Assembly (NCBI GenBank): GCA_002256025.1
Contig: NKIB01014967.1
Location: 1 to 39,257, forward strand
Source of the DNA: Asterionella formosa
Taxonomy: Eukaryota
Direction of reading: 5' to 3'
Length of the DNA stretch: 39,257 nt
Part shown: piece after piece, positions 10,929-23,579 of the stretch
How positions within the stretch are numbered: position 1 is the first letter of the stretch
Layout: every line of letters starts with the position of its first letter
Notes under the pieces: model-generated
What the model saw: the letters and a program-made list of their open reading frames with translations, nothing else
Told to the model about the DNA's origin: nothing
Databases searched by the model: none
Program-made: the position numbers and the translations under genes

Positions 10929-13900
10929 ACCAGAGCATGCATTTGCAACAACCCGTCTATTTCAATGGTGGAAGCCATTTTGTAAGAATGTCTGCTAGGT
11001 TGGTGGCTCCTGGTTCATGCAAAACCCGCATTGCAGTTGACGCCACACTCTCACGCATTTTATGATAAGCAATTGAATTATGTTTCTTTTGTAAAACTGA
11101 TTCAGGCCGTGTCACATTTTGAACAACACTGTTATTGTCGCAGAGAGTATTTGTTGGCCCATCAATAGCTATGCCAAACATTCGAAGTTTATATTGTATA
11201 GCCTCATTCAGTTCTGCAGCAATTTTAAGGGCGACAAATTCTGAACCAAAAGTTGAAGACTCAATTGTATTTTGTGCCCTGGAATACCAATGGATCGGAC
11301 TGCCATAAAGGAAAATGACAGTCCCCGTAGTAGAACGTCGTGTGATCAAATCTGTTCCATGAGCTGCATAAAAGAAGCAACATATTGACTTAAACTGGAA
11401 GGCCTCGTGGGGGGGGGGGTCCATGTTTGGCAGTATTGCCTCATTTACATCGGGATAGAATTCACTCCAATCTCAGGAAGTCCATGAATAAGTCGACCAA
11501 TCACGTATCTGATAATCAAACACTATATGCGAACGCAAATGTTTGTTGACATATGCAAAAATCTTTACCAGTGTTCCCAAGTGACCCTGTCGAGGCGCTG
11601 CCATGAACTTTGACATAACAGCCCCTGAATGCGCTAGGTCAATCCGACCAAGTTCAATCGCCCAGCATGAGATTCCGATATAACTCTGATATAAATGTAT
11701 AACTCTCAGCAGAAATATACCATGTATTTAGTCTACTCCTGATTCTGGAAGGGTATAACATCCAACTTTGGCACCCAGGTACCACGTTGGTGGACCGATA
11801 TCTTTCAATCGGTAGTTAATAGGGTCGGATTTAAGTAGATTTATAATTTGTCCTGGGTTTTCAGAGATACAGAGAATATCATCCACATACACCAGTATGC
11901 ATTTGTAATAAGGGTCCCCTGAATGTTTGGTTGCGGGTCTAAACCACACATCTGGATCAGCATATGTAGAGGTGAAGTGTAGATCCCTCAACGTGGTATG
12001 TGCAAAGTGCGAACGCCATGCAGCTCGCTCCAGAGCTTTTGAGTCCATATAGGGCTCGTACAATTATGATAGTTTTACCCTCATCTGCACCAAATTCTGG
12101 ACCTGCGGTGGTGTAGACTTTTTCGTTAGTGGATGAATTGAGGTAAGCATTACCCTTGTCTGCAGATTGTATTTCAAGACTGTTAAGTGCTGCTATCAGA
12201 AACGCAATACGGAAACTTTCTCTGGATACTGCAGATGAGTAAGTCATATCACTTGGTGGATCCGTCATGTGGCCACTGGCAACTAGCCTTGCCTTCCGTG
12301 TAAAATCCATATTTATATCAAAAATGAGGCGAAATGGGATCCATTTATAACCTGGAGGAGCCTTTTCATTTTTACATCAAATATCGAAGGGAACTCGGAC
12401 ATTAGTCTTTTCTTTCATGATTGTATCATCCCAGAGTGTGTTCTTATTCATTTCATTGATCTCTAAGGCTTCCTTCACAGTGCTTGGTACACGAAGTCCA
12501 AATTTGTAACCAGGCTTGATATGTTCTTTAACCCACCTGTCGAAAGCAGATTCGGTGTCGATATGACTGTTCACGGCGTATTGAGCAACTTCCCAAGAAT
12601 TTGATTCCTTAAGGTCCTTGAGGGATACCCATGACGTGGAACCATCAACCCATTCTACTTCCAGATCCCAACCAGTAGTTGTTTTCTTTTTTATGTTTGT
12701 CCCACCATGTTTGCGATACTGGTCTGCCTTATCTATGGCTTGTTTACTCCTGTGGTGATTGACAATACCCTTATAAAGCTAGTGCTGCTTTCTGTCTTTG
12801 TCCATTTCAGAATAAATTTGTTCAGCCAATGTGTTATAAGAGATATCCTGCTGTTCACCATCAGGTAATTCCACCATAAAAATTCTTGAATCTAGGATTG
12901 GATTTGTATGGTTCCGGCCTATGTAGTTGCCATGATCAATATTCCTTTTTCTACCAATAACATTTGCGATTTCATTTCTATCACCATGAGGACGAAGCAT
13001 GAGTTGAACATTGACCAAGTCATCAGGACCCTGAACTTCATCATGCTGCTGCTCTGTGTCATCTAAGTCATCTATCTCGTATTTATGTGGGTTTTCTTCC
13101 AATTCCTCATTAGCAGCTTCATGTATTAAGGTGTCATCAAATGCTCCATACATTGTTTTGATTCATGTATCGAATTCCAAACGGAGTGCTTTTTCGGACT
13201 TGTCAAGCCATTCTTCTTTCAATAGTGGCCGAACAGTTGAATGTACAAGAACACGTCCATTTGGTTGTAAGACATGATAGTAGCACATGGCTTGTTCAAC
13301 ATTTTCAGCAACCCCTAGCCAACGTCCAAGGTCGTTCTCGGTACCTCCGGAGTTTCGACCATGATATTTGAAAACACCATAGAATTCAAAATCCAATAAT
13401 TCGGAAATGTCAGGTGTTTCACCTGTCGTTGATTCAAGTGGTGTGCGGCCATCAAGGCTTTGCTGTGATACGTGATCGCAAAGTTTTGAGGTATACTCCA
13501 TACCATAATCCCAAAGGAGTTCTGGGCAACGGTTACAATGCATGACTCGTCGAAAGTGTTTCTTAAGTTCTTGAATTTCACGTTCTGCTTTATTCTGCCA
13601 TGGTGAATATGGCTCTGTTGTGCGTTGCTGGATTAAGAACTTCTTCTGCACCGAGTTCCACATGCCACTTGCTTCTTCTCCTGCATTGTCAGTAATTAAG
13701 ACATTTGGTATGCCAGTACTTAAGCAATAGAGGTCTAGTTTGTCATAGGCATCTGCCTTACTGTTCATGGGATAGACCCGAGCATGTCCCATATTAGTTA
13801 CAAAGATTTGGGCGCATTTATTTCCTCAGGTGCTCGAGGAGTTATTGAACAAGGTATCTGAGTATACGGCTGTACAGAGGTAGTTGTCCCACTCTGCATC

Positions 13901-15870
13901 AGACGGAAGTTCGATATAATCACATTGTTGTAGTTTGCGCTCTGTAGGCAAGCGTATAGCTAGGTATTTATGAAATGCATCCATGTAATGCAAAGGTTAT
14001 TGTGGTATTGGAGATTGGGTTGTAGAGGCCATGGAAGGAACCTGAATTATACTGTTTCGGTGTTGTGTCACATTGTATTCCATGGTCCATCAATTGTTGA
14101 GGTGAAATAAGCGACTGTTCAGAATCACTTCCAAAGTATAGAGCCTCATTAACAGCTAAGATGTAGGTAGTACCATCAGACGCATCATATGCTGTAGCAA
14201 AACGAGCAATGGGGACTCCAGTCAATGTGCCAAGGTCAGAATGAAAACCACCCACATCAACCAAACAGCCACTTAAGTGTAAGACTTGAAATGCTTTTCC
14301 AGCACATTCTGTGTCAGCTCTTGTGTCTATTTCAGCACGATAGCAACTCTCATAGTCATCTGGTTGTTGGGACCGGATTGCTTTAGCAATATAGCGTGTT
14401 CCAGTAGTAATAGTATTTTGTTGACAGGATTGGCCAAATCATAACAAAGTGGGTGGTTGTCCCTCAGGACGCGGTACAGGCGTTGATGGTGTAAGGGGTG
14501 GGAGAAGTGAAACCACTGTTCCATCATCATGTCCATTGATGGCAGCTACTTGTCGGGGAATATTGCCATTTGAGGTATTGTTGTTAGCACCTAGGGAGTT
14601 GTTATTACCTGCTTCGTTCATGACTCGCTGTTATTTGGGAGTTAATTGACTCCAAATATCAGGGCTAACATATAAGCCATCATCTCATTCCCACAACCAC
14701 CACGGCCACAGACAGATGAGCGGCCTCGACCACGTTGTCCATAGGTGTTGCCGCGACCTGACCGAAGTGTAGATCCTATGTTTCTATCAGCTTGACGGCC
14801 ATGACCACTTTGTTGGTTCAACAAGAATGATTGAGAAGGTTTCAGAACATTCCATAAGTTCTGTAGTTTTATTGTTGCTGCTTGTAAATCTGTATTACAT
14901 GTGTCATCATTGACAACAATTGCGGACATTGAATGAATTTGATCTGACTTTAAACCAGCCATAAGGGCGCATACTTGACTGGCCCCATCACATACAATTC
15001 CAATGATATCAAGTTCGGCTTGTGCAATGGTGAGGTGCATGGTGCAGTAGTCAGATAAGGTCCAGTTGTGACGGTCACTGTCCCAATAGGCCTTAGTTAT
15101 ATCTGATTCTGCTTTTTGGATACGTGCATTTCTTGAATTTGTTCCTTCATTAGCAAGGACAAGATTAATCCAAGCAGCTCAACCATTAGTTGTGGATGCA
15201 AACCTGTCAACAAAGGCCTCAGCGGAGCCCCCAGATGTCCGTGAGACAAGGATTTGGTAAAGAGTATAGTTGTCATCATTGAATATATCACCTTCCAAGG
15301 GTGAATGTCTAATGATTGCGTGAGTGTCACCTTCACTATTGTAATCAGTAATGGCATTATCCTGGAGAAGGTATGATAGGGGAACACCATTCCGATTCTT
15401 TGGCATGGCAATAAATGCCATGAACTCATGTTTCTTCTTTCTCCAGGTATCTGGTTTGCCATTCCAACAAGGATCAGGGGCCCTGATATCCTTATTATTA
15501 GATGAGATGTCAGAGTTAGGGTATTTGATATCACCTGCCTTCTTAAGCATGAGTTCCAGTTGCATTAAAGTGAATTAAGAAGAGGAGACATTTCCATATC
15601 CGACTACCAGCTGGCGCTGGCGGATCCAATCCCTAAATGCATATAGCCATGACTGTTTGCCTGCTGATAACTTTGTGGCTGGTGTAAAGCATGACAAAAT
15701 GGTGTTATCATCCAATGGTCCTAGGCTCATAGCTGTATCAATGTCTTCTCCAACCAGGCGGTTCACCTGTTGTTGTGTCAGCTGTAGTATGCCAGTAAGT
15801 GCAGCTTGAAAAGCTTCATGTTCAGGAGGAAAATATCCATCCTATTCCAGTTCTTCAATCGCAATCATGA
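10929..15870 (-). mobile_element. Decayed Ty1/Copia LTR retrotransposon internal region (diatom CoDi-type gag-pol)
   Basis: Order on minus strand: gag (~15870-14640, RNGVPLSYLL), protease RAEIDTRADTECAG (~14340-14300), integrase LITDNAGEE..TEPYSPWQNKAE (13792-13163), RT RKARLVASGH..TYSS..RALYGLKSSG..ILVYVDDIL (12310-11730), RNase H ESSTFGSEFVA..NLADILTK (11424-10929). Many stops and frameshifts. PR-INT-RT-RH order defines Copia. Confidence 0.95.
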
Positions 15871-16549
15871 TGGTGGTGAAGTCTGGTATAGACCAAGCGT
15901 CTTTTCGGTATTGTCTCCTTTAACAAAGAAGGTGCCAGGCGTCCCCGGTCCAAATTCCCCTATTGTTAACTGGCTGCAGTAAATGTTGGTAACGATACCA
16001 ATCTGTGCGTTCAAACCTTAATGGAGTACTATATGACTCTCACGTGACAAATATGATGTTTAATGTCGTTGTTTCAAGAGAACCATTCGGTTGAATGAAA
16101 GAGAGGTGATACGATTAAACAAGGTGTAGAGGGCCAAGTCGAATCAAACAAACAAGTGTATGGGTCTGATAAACGATTTAAATCTCGCAATGAAATGATC
16201 GATGTTACAATTAAACAATCGATAAAACGAAATAGATAACAAATGATTAACAAAAGAAAGAGCGCATAAAAGAAAAATTATGAAGTAAATTATCAGTATT
16301 CGTTAGTTTCCGTTGGGTCATCTGTATTTGTATATATATATATGAGAATATATACTTTTGGTGCATAGGGGCATAGTCATCATGGCATTGCACATAACGG
16401 CTCGTGATATCTCTAATCAAGAATAAAACATCAACTATTCCTGCTTTGGAAATAACTGTGTGATTGTGAACCATCACATGAAACCGCGACAAGTAATCTT
16501 GTTGAGTATAATAGTAAATATTATTTACGTGAATTGCACAACCATAAAG

Positions 16550-16593
16550 TGTAGCTGAATTAAGACACCAATGTAGCATGAATTAAGACACCA
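16550..16593. repeat. 21-22-bp tandem duplication
   Basis: tgtagctgaattaagacacca followed by tgtagcatgaattaagacacca. Confidence 0.8.
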
Positions 16594-16949
16594 CAAATAT
16601 CCTTACTATTTCACAAAGGAAGATGCATGTCGTAAAATGAATTAGCCTCAAGAGCAGGACTTAGTTGAACTTTGAAATGAATTATTTGAAGCATCAACTA
16701 ATTTAGTCTCGAGTTCAAAGTTTATGGCTGTCAGTACACATTGAAATGATGTGTCTCAAAGTTGAATCAAGGTTGACGATTTCATTTGCATCTTGCTGTC
16801 CAGTTAAAGTAGTGGTATAGCTACTAGTAAGAAGGTAATTTTTGCCATCAATCAACTCTCTTCACCACAAGACTTGCATTAGTACTCACTTCGTCTTGCC
16901 TTCCCAGTCTTCCTTGAATTATATTCCTTGTCTTGTAGTTTCGATTTCA

Positions 16950-18526
16950 TACTATGAATGTTTTCAGAAGCTCGCTTTTTTGACCTTTTGTGTTTGCACC
17001 TCTTGAAGCAAGCAGGTCAGCAATTAATTCCGATCTGGAAACGTGGACAACCTCCCAAGGATACAAAGAAAAAAAGCAGCGAATTAGTGAGCTGGATGAA
17101 AGGATATTTCCCCATAAAGCAGTTTGGGGCAAATTATTGGACACCTACTACATGGACACAGATGATGATAGATTGGATCCATGGCCTTCAAACACAACCA
17201 GGTTTCAATGCCACAGAATTGATGATAGCTAAATATCCCCTCACTTTTGATATGTTTATAGCAAACAATTGTAAGAGATTATGGACTTTCTAAATGCGCA
17301 TCACAAGATTCGCTGTTTCAAAAAGCAACAGCAAAGTTTCTGGTCGACAAGACAGTTTTGTTCAACAGTGTAAAAATTTATACATTTCCAATTTTTATAA
17401 GTTTATACATGGCTTGAACATTTGAAATCATGTTTAAACATTTCAAATGTCATGCATGCCGGTACACATCCTGAAAGGAAAGATCAAATCAGGCACATAT
17501 GCCGGTACACATCCTGAAAGGAAAGATCAAATCAGGCACATGACAGGAGACACTCCTGAAGTGACGCTACAACACAATCATGATAAAGCTTGCGGCTTAG
17601 AAGGAATGAAAATATGAAGGTGAATTTTATTTCTAGGGCACATGCTAGGATGATCTATTGTTACTCTGACAAAGGCTAAATCATGATTGCTTCCATCTCT
17701 GGCGATTCAATAGATCATTTTGCATTTGGTGGGAAACCATCAATGTCGACAAAATCAAATTGGCAAGTGCTCTTGTTGGATCAATGCACAACTGTTAAAA
17801 CATCATTTACACATGCTTTTTTTAATCTTTCAGGATAATTTATAAACAAAGAGTTTTGTTGTAATTTATAAATGACATTAGTGAAAAGATTTATTGATTT
17901 GTACTTATGCTATATTTGACTGAAACATTATTTTACAGAGTTATACGAAAAGTTCATCGATTTCTGGTAAGTGAAGCATGATAAAAAGGGACTGTAGTGT
18001 TGAGGTTTAAACAAAACATGGCTAACGGGCAATTCTTTCTCATTGTCAGCGTGATTAGTAGGAAATCAAAATGGATTACAAAACAACAGAATAGCGCATG
18101 AGAATCCAAAATCGGATCAAAAGAAAAGGGTTTTCGCAGCAAGCAGCAGTCAGACAAGTTTCAGACTCAGAGTGAAAGCATTGAGACAACAGAAAGGGGA
18201 ACATTTGCCGTTTAACCGCAAAGAAAATAGAACATTAAATTGAAATCCATTTCAACCTAATTTCAACAGTGATTTCTTCGATTAGAATTACAATGATGTT
18301 GAGATATGTATATGATGAAAGAATGTACATAACAGGATAATGTTTTGATAATGACATGGTGTGGTGTTGTTTATTTTAAGTATGCTTAACATGATCATAC
18401 TTATAGTATGAATTTATCATACATAAAACATAAAACGAGAAAAGTATCATGTGGAGAGAAAAATTCTGTGCCAGTTAGCGTTCAATACCTGTGATCTTAT
18501 AAATATCATACTTTTTGTTTGCAGAC
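16950..18526 (+). mobile_element. Unclassified TIR DNA element, copy 1 (one terminus visible; left boundary unresolved)
   Basis: Colinear with the reverse complement of ~26058-27900 at several anchors (17405-17435 vs 27377-27410; 17770-17870 vs 26800-26900; 18460-18526 vs 26058-26125). Similarity stops at tttgcagac (18526). Confidence 0.8.
17456..17541. repeat. Perfect 43-bp tandem duplication
   Basis: atgccggtacacatcctgaaaggaaagatcaaatcaggcacat at 17456-17498 and 17499-17541. Confidence 0.95.
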
Positions 18527-19902
18527 GTGGGTTTAAAGAAGAATAAAACATCTAGGCATACTGCTACCACCACTTGAGAGCAAAAGTTGATTCCTGAAGA
18601 TGGTAGCTTTATTGTTGTAGAGTTGGCATGTACCTTTACTTTGACCAAACAGTATACCAGTATCTAATATAAATATGCAAATTGGTAGAAATGGTGAAGG
18701 CTCCATTTAACAAGCAATTACTTTTTATTGGGTACAAAGTATATTGTATTGAATCTGTATTTTTGCAATATTCTTGGTGGTCTTCCATGTTTGCTTTGAA
18801 CCATTTGCTACAACAACACTGTCGCTTACTTCTTGCTTCCATACATTCTCCTACTGTGTCAATTGGTTCTAAGAAATCCCTGTGAGTTAGATTTCTCTCT
18901 GTGGCATCATGGTCAGGGATTGGGCAGCTCTTTGTTTCCATTGAAAGAGGCAACCTTCAGAGCGTTTCTGGACAAAAGAAAAAGAGAATTTATATATTTT
19001 TGAACTATTGTTGCGGTCCATTGCAGATTGAGACAATCTAAATTCTACTGGGTAGGACGTTTGAGGACGTGTTGAATGGCTGATTTCCTGGCAAGTGGCA
19101 AGCAAGAAGTCATTTTCCACTTTAAATTTGAAAATCCATTGTTGGCTCCTCCTGTTCAAATGTACTTTCACACTGCTGGTCACCAACATTTCGAATGCTG
19201 ATAATCTGAGTGGTGACGTTGAGAGTTATTATTGCTGTAGTAGGTAGTGGTGTCCTGCGGCCCCAATGGCAAGATTTAAAGGTGAGAGCATCAATTTTGG
19301 CTTAGGTGTTCAAAGCTTGTCAACAAGGTATAACTGATAAAATAGTTGGTTTGAAGATTGAATTGGGTTTTGACTTTGACTTGCTTATGTGGTGTTAAGA
19401 ACTTCTTGTTCATTATGTAATTGGTTCTCAATGATATGTGCTGCCCATTCAACATCACTGGTGAATTCAACCCGTTAACACGTTTGTAATTTTTGGTCTG
19501 ATTGGGATAACAGAAAATGTTGGCTGACAAAAAGACAGGTCCTGTTGTACTGTATGGACAAATAAAACCGGAAAAAATTGTGTCCATTTATTTGGGCATG
19601 AGTCCAATTTCAGGATATAGCTTTCATTAACTATTAAATTTAATTGACCATTTTTTGTTTTGGATTGTGGAGAGCTGCAACCTGTTCGGCATCATAAACT
19701 AGATTGTACATTAATGCAATACAGATAGATAACTACGAAGAGCATCAAACAAACCTGATTCATTTTGTAGCTCACCGAAGGGTATTACTTTATTTCGAAT
19801 ATGTTTTTTTATTTGTTCAAAGCATGATCTGCAAAAGGGTCGCCATTGAGCCATCAGAAGTTCATACCAACGCCGTGATTTTTTCTTTCATGGATGGATA
19901 AA

Positions 19903-21435
19903 TTACCTTCCACCACGTCCGCCTGCACGAGCAGATCCTCTAGGATCACTGCCACTGCCACTACTACGTCCATCACGTCCTACTCCTCGACGTGTACCGC
20001 TCCCACGTGCCCCTCCACGCAGAGTTCCATTCTCGCCACTGCTGCGATTGTTGTTGCTGGTATTGTTGGAATTGTTTGTTGAAAAGTTCCGTCCAGCACT
20101 GCCATTACCACCTCCACCACCTCGTGCAGCACGTCTTTGCACATCCATGGTCTTTTGTTCCATATCTAGCACACGACCGTACAATGAAAAGGGTCGTTCT
20201 GAAGATTCCAGGGCTGCCACAACTGGTGCAGATGAATCATAATCCACAAAGGCCAAGCCACGATGGGCCGATACGGTAATGCCCACAACCTTAGTGTAAG
20301 TAGCAGATGCAAACGGTTCAAAGAGATCCCGAATGTCTGCTTCTTTTGCGTTGTCTGGAACATTCTTGATGACCAGGGTGTGGTCAGGGTCTCGTCGATG
20401 ACGGCGCACATGCTCGGTGGCAGACTTGCTGGGAATGGGGTCCATAGCAAGGATCGATGCTTCGGTTTCTTCGAGTACTACAAGAGGAGTGGAAGTTGGT
20501 TCAGCAGGAGGAGCGGGAGGAGTAACAATGACGGGAGGAGCAGGTGCTGGAGCTTGAACTGGTTTGTCGGCAGTACTAGCGACCAAACTAGCCCAAGATC
20601 CAAGCGGAGGCTTTGGGTGTGTAAGAAATTGTTCTGACTTTCCATTTTTCTTTCCTTTGTTTTTTTTCTGCTTGTTTGTGTCTGTCTCCTTTGAATCATC
20701 AATGACCACAACTTCCTCCTTTGTCTCTTCCACAGCTTCTTCAACAAGTGCGTCGTCCTTGGATTCCTCAACTGGTTCTTCGAGTGCTTCTTTGACTGCC
20801 AGTGTTTCGTCTTCTTTTGATTCCTCGATAGCTTCCTCTCCCTTTTGCTCTGATTGATCAACAGCAACGTCGGGTTGGTCAGTTCTCTGATCATCTCCTT
20901 CCGACGTCGTCGTCGCTTCAATAACATGAGCATTGGCATCCAGCACAGCTTCATCGGCACGAACAGGGCTACCAATAGCGGTGTTGACTTGCAAAAACCT
21001 CAAGACGTCATTGTGGACATAATATGATCTTTTTGTACTGTTGGGAGGTGAAAATGGATGGAGGAAAAAGGTATGACAGAAAGGTCGGCAGGTGTGCTCC
21101 CCTAAATACATGTGACCGGTCACAACCAACAAGACGCCGCCATTGATCGACTCCTGTGCGTCAATCGCTCCATTCTCTAATTCGAACCTGACTGGGTCTT
21201 CTGGATTGGTTGCCCACGAAAAGAATCGGTCCTTCAAGTCCTTTGGGTCCTTCAGTGACTCAATCGTGGTGGGCGTGGTAGGGTTGGACCCTTCCCCGTG
21301 CGATAGAACCGACGAGTTGTTGTAGAACTTGTAAATCATGTCTGGAGTGGTCGAAACGACGTGGTAGAAGGCCTTGATGAAGCTCCTTCCAATGGTCAGG
21401 GGAGAGGGGGTGGCAGAAGGAGTGGGCGAGCTCAT
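19903..21435 (-). CDS. G3BP/Rasputin-like RNA-binding protein (NTF2 - acidic - Pro-rich - RRM - RGG)
   Basis: NTF2-like IGRSFIKAFY...IDAQESINGGVLLVVTG...FCHTFFL...YYVHNDVLRF; Glu-rich linker; SWASLV; RRM TLVIKNVP...RGLAFVDY; C-terminal RGG repeats. Confidence 0.92.
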   Translation of the reverse strand: MSSPTPSATPSPLTIGRSFIKAFYHVVSTTPDMIYKFYNNSSVLSHGEGSNPTTPTTIESLKDPKDLKDRFFSWATNPEDPVRFELENGAIDAQESINGGVLLVVTGHMYLGEHTCRPFCHTFFLHPFSPPNSTKRSYYVHNDVLRFLQVNTAIGSPVRADEAVLDANAHVIEATTTSEGDDQRTDQPDVAVDQSEQKGEEAIEESKEDETLAVKEALEEPVEESKDDALVEEAVEETKEEVVVIDDSKETDTNKQKKNKGKKNGKSEQFLTHPKPPLGSWASLVASTADKPVQAPAPAPPVIVTPPAPPAEPTSTPLVVLEETEASILAMDPIPSKSATEHVRRHRRDPDHTLVIKNVPDNAKEADIRDLFEPFASATYTKVVGITVSAHRGLAFVDYDSSAPVVAALESSERPFSLYGRVLDMEQKTMDVQRRAARGGGGGNGSAGRNFSTNNSNNTSNNNRSSGENGTLRGGARGSGTRRGVGRDGRSSGSGSDPRGSARAGGRGGR

Positions 21436-22261
21436 ATTGTCGGAAAAAGGAAGAGAATGGAATAGATTTGCTCTGCTCTGCTCTGTTCTGTTCTGGTTGC
21501 TTTCTCGTTCTTATTGCTCTTTTCCCAGGATGCTTTGTGGTTCAGGTTGTTGCTCGCGCCGTCCGTGAATACCTTAGAGTTTCTGCTAACTACAGCTGTA
21601 CTCGTTCAGCAACTCTACCAAACCACAACCAAAACAAGGGACGGCGCCAAGGCCAATGATCATTGTCAGGTTGGCGTCAACCTTCATGCATTACGTACAC
21701 TTTTACTAGCATGCTACTCGAGTACTCCTACCAGGGACTTGGTACCCTGGTACCTGGTACCGCCTACGAGTATGCACCGGCACCCCGCCAACTATAAGCA
21801 ACCATTCATAGTATATCATACCGGTACCAGTACTGTACCTGGTACTGGAGTGGAGTGCCTGGTAGTACCTGGTAGTATCGTAGAGGCACAAGAGTGGGCA
21901 AGGGAAGGGGACAGACGAACAGAGCACTTTGCTGGCTGTGGTCATGATGTCCACATGTCACATCGTGTTTTGGAATTTAATGCACAGCCATCATGTAGTA
22001 TGATTCTGCCACTTTAGGATTCCAGATTCGACTCGTGATCGATCAATTCATTTGCGACCGGCACTGCTACCACGTACACGCTTCCTGGTACCAGTATAAC
22101 CAACCGCATGCAGTCATTCTATGTATTCCGAGTGCTGGTAACTGGCACTTACAATTTACGTTTGTTTTTATATAGCAAAGCAAACATGTTATTCTGCGTT
22201 CAAGGGGTGCGTCACGGCATTTCCAAAATATTCAAATATTCTCAAAAGGTCATCGCAGTTT

Positions 22262-22358
22262 CAAGTTGCGGTCATTTTGCTTAAACTAACATTTTAATCT
22301 GAGATAAAAATAGCTAAATCTTTAGAGTTTCAGCAAAATTACCGGTACCGCAACTTGC
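22262..22358. mobile_element. ~97-bp MITE-like element, copy B
   Basis: TIRs caagttgcggtcattttgcttaaact / agtttcagcaaaatt[accggt]accgcaacttg; inverted homolog of 593-682. Confidence 0.75.
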
Positions 22359-22991
22359 AGGTATCTAAATATTTAGGTACTGGCACCTGGTGCACCCACC
22401 CCGGTACCATGGTACGGGTCTTTGTTTCTATGTACTGGTCCGTACCAGGAACTGCCTACGTAGTTGAGGATGACCGAGCGATGTTCGCTCGCACGACCAT
22501 TTGATGACCAGCCTTCTTCTGTTGCCGTTGGGAATCAAGAAGGTCAAAAAAGAACAAATTATTATCCACCGTCCCCGTGCGTGGGCTTGTGTGATTTGAT
22601 TTCAAGACTGCGGCAGTTTGCCTTTGATTTCATATATAAACCGGAGTGGTACGTTGGAGTGTAACGGTTACCATAGTAAAAAAATAGTATAAAATAAAAT
22701 CTAGCAAAAATACCGTCTTTCTGGCAGCTAATAGTATTGATACAAAGTGAAATAAAAATAATTATTCTGATTCTTTTATGCAAGGAGGAATACAGGATAC
22801 CGGTACGATGACGACACGTTTCAATACATAAACATCCTGATGTGTTCTACGCCGCCGGCCTACATAAATGCCTGTATGTATTCTAGCAAAAGCAATCCCA
22901 AGAAAACACGACATCACCCCCAAACGCAAACAAGAATTTGATTCTCTCATTTTCACGCTCGCTGCACCCTCCGCCTCAGTTTCTCCATACC

Positions 22992-23579
22992 ATGGAGATT
23001 CTTGGTGAAGAGGCAAACTCCCACAGCACGTCTCCTCGCACACACTCCTGGCTGTTGATCCTTGCGTTGTCCCTTGTCAGTCTCCACTTGTTCTACCTCT
23101 TAACTGTTGTCCTCTATTCTGGTTTACAATTCCTGTTGGTCTGGAATGAGATTTTCCGGATGCAGCGGCCGAAGGCCCTGCAAACGGAGTTGGTGACTCA
23201 GATCTATCATCATACGCTGTCTGTGGAACTTCCATCATGTCCCATTTGTCTTTTGGACTACAGTACGTATAACAGTGACGACCTCAATAAGCTGTCAACA
23301 AGACGAACAATGTACGTCCCACACTCACGCATTCCCGCTCACACAGATCAAGGTGATGTCATTAGCCACGGCAGACACTGCCATCATATATTTCATAATG
23401 AATGTCTGACACTATGGCTTCAAAAACAACCATCGTGTCCGTGTTGTCGACTTGCCATTTCGGAGCCTCCTCCAGGTTGTACAGAAGAAGAAATGCAGGA
23501 AGATGATTATGTCCCTGACCCGGCAGAAAGGATTTGGGTGTACATTAAGTGGTCCATGGCACTATGTGGCATGAGCTAA
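22992..23579 (+). CDS. TM-anchored RING-H2 (ATL-like) E3 ubiquitin ligase; predicted intron 23263-23346
   Basis: Hydrophobic segment WLLILALSLVSLHLFYLLTVVLYSGL; CPICLLDY...CHHIFHNECL..WL....SCPCCR. Removing GTACGT...ctcac...acacAG restores normal RING spacing (LDYNQGDVISHGRHCHH). Confidence 0.85.
   Translation: MEILGEEANSHSTSPRTHSWLLILALSLVSLHLFYLLTVVLYSGLQFLLVWNEIFRMQRPKALQTELVTQIYHHTLSVELPSCPICLLDYSTYNSDDLNKLSTRRTMYVPHSRIPAHTDQGDVISHGRHCHHIFHNECLTLWLQKQPSCPCCRLAISEPPPGCTEEEMQEDDYVPDPAERIWVYIKWSMALCGMS

Noticed and set aside
15985..16600. 5' LTR and primer-binding site of the first Copia (minus strand CA-gat-TGGTATCG at ~15993-16005)
   Set aside because: Only TGGTATC matches a tRNA-Met PBS, and I found no matching second LTR or clear PPT left of 10929, so the boundaries are unsupported.
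18540..19600. Short minus-strand ORFs as a gene
   Set aside because: AT-rich and fragmented with no recognisable motif; probably decayed repeat DNA but not assignable.
21514..22017. 167-aa ORF upstream of G3BP
   Set aside because: Non-ATG start; its LVPGT-like text is just the translation of GGTACC-rich promoter sequence.
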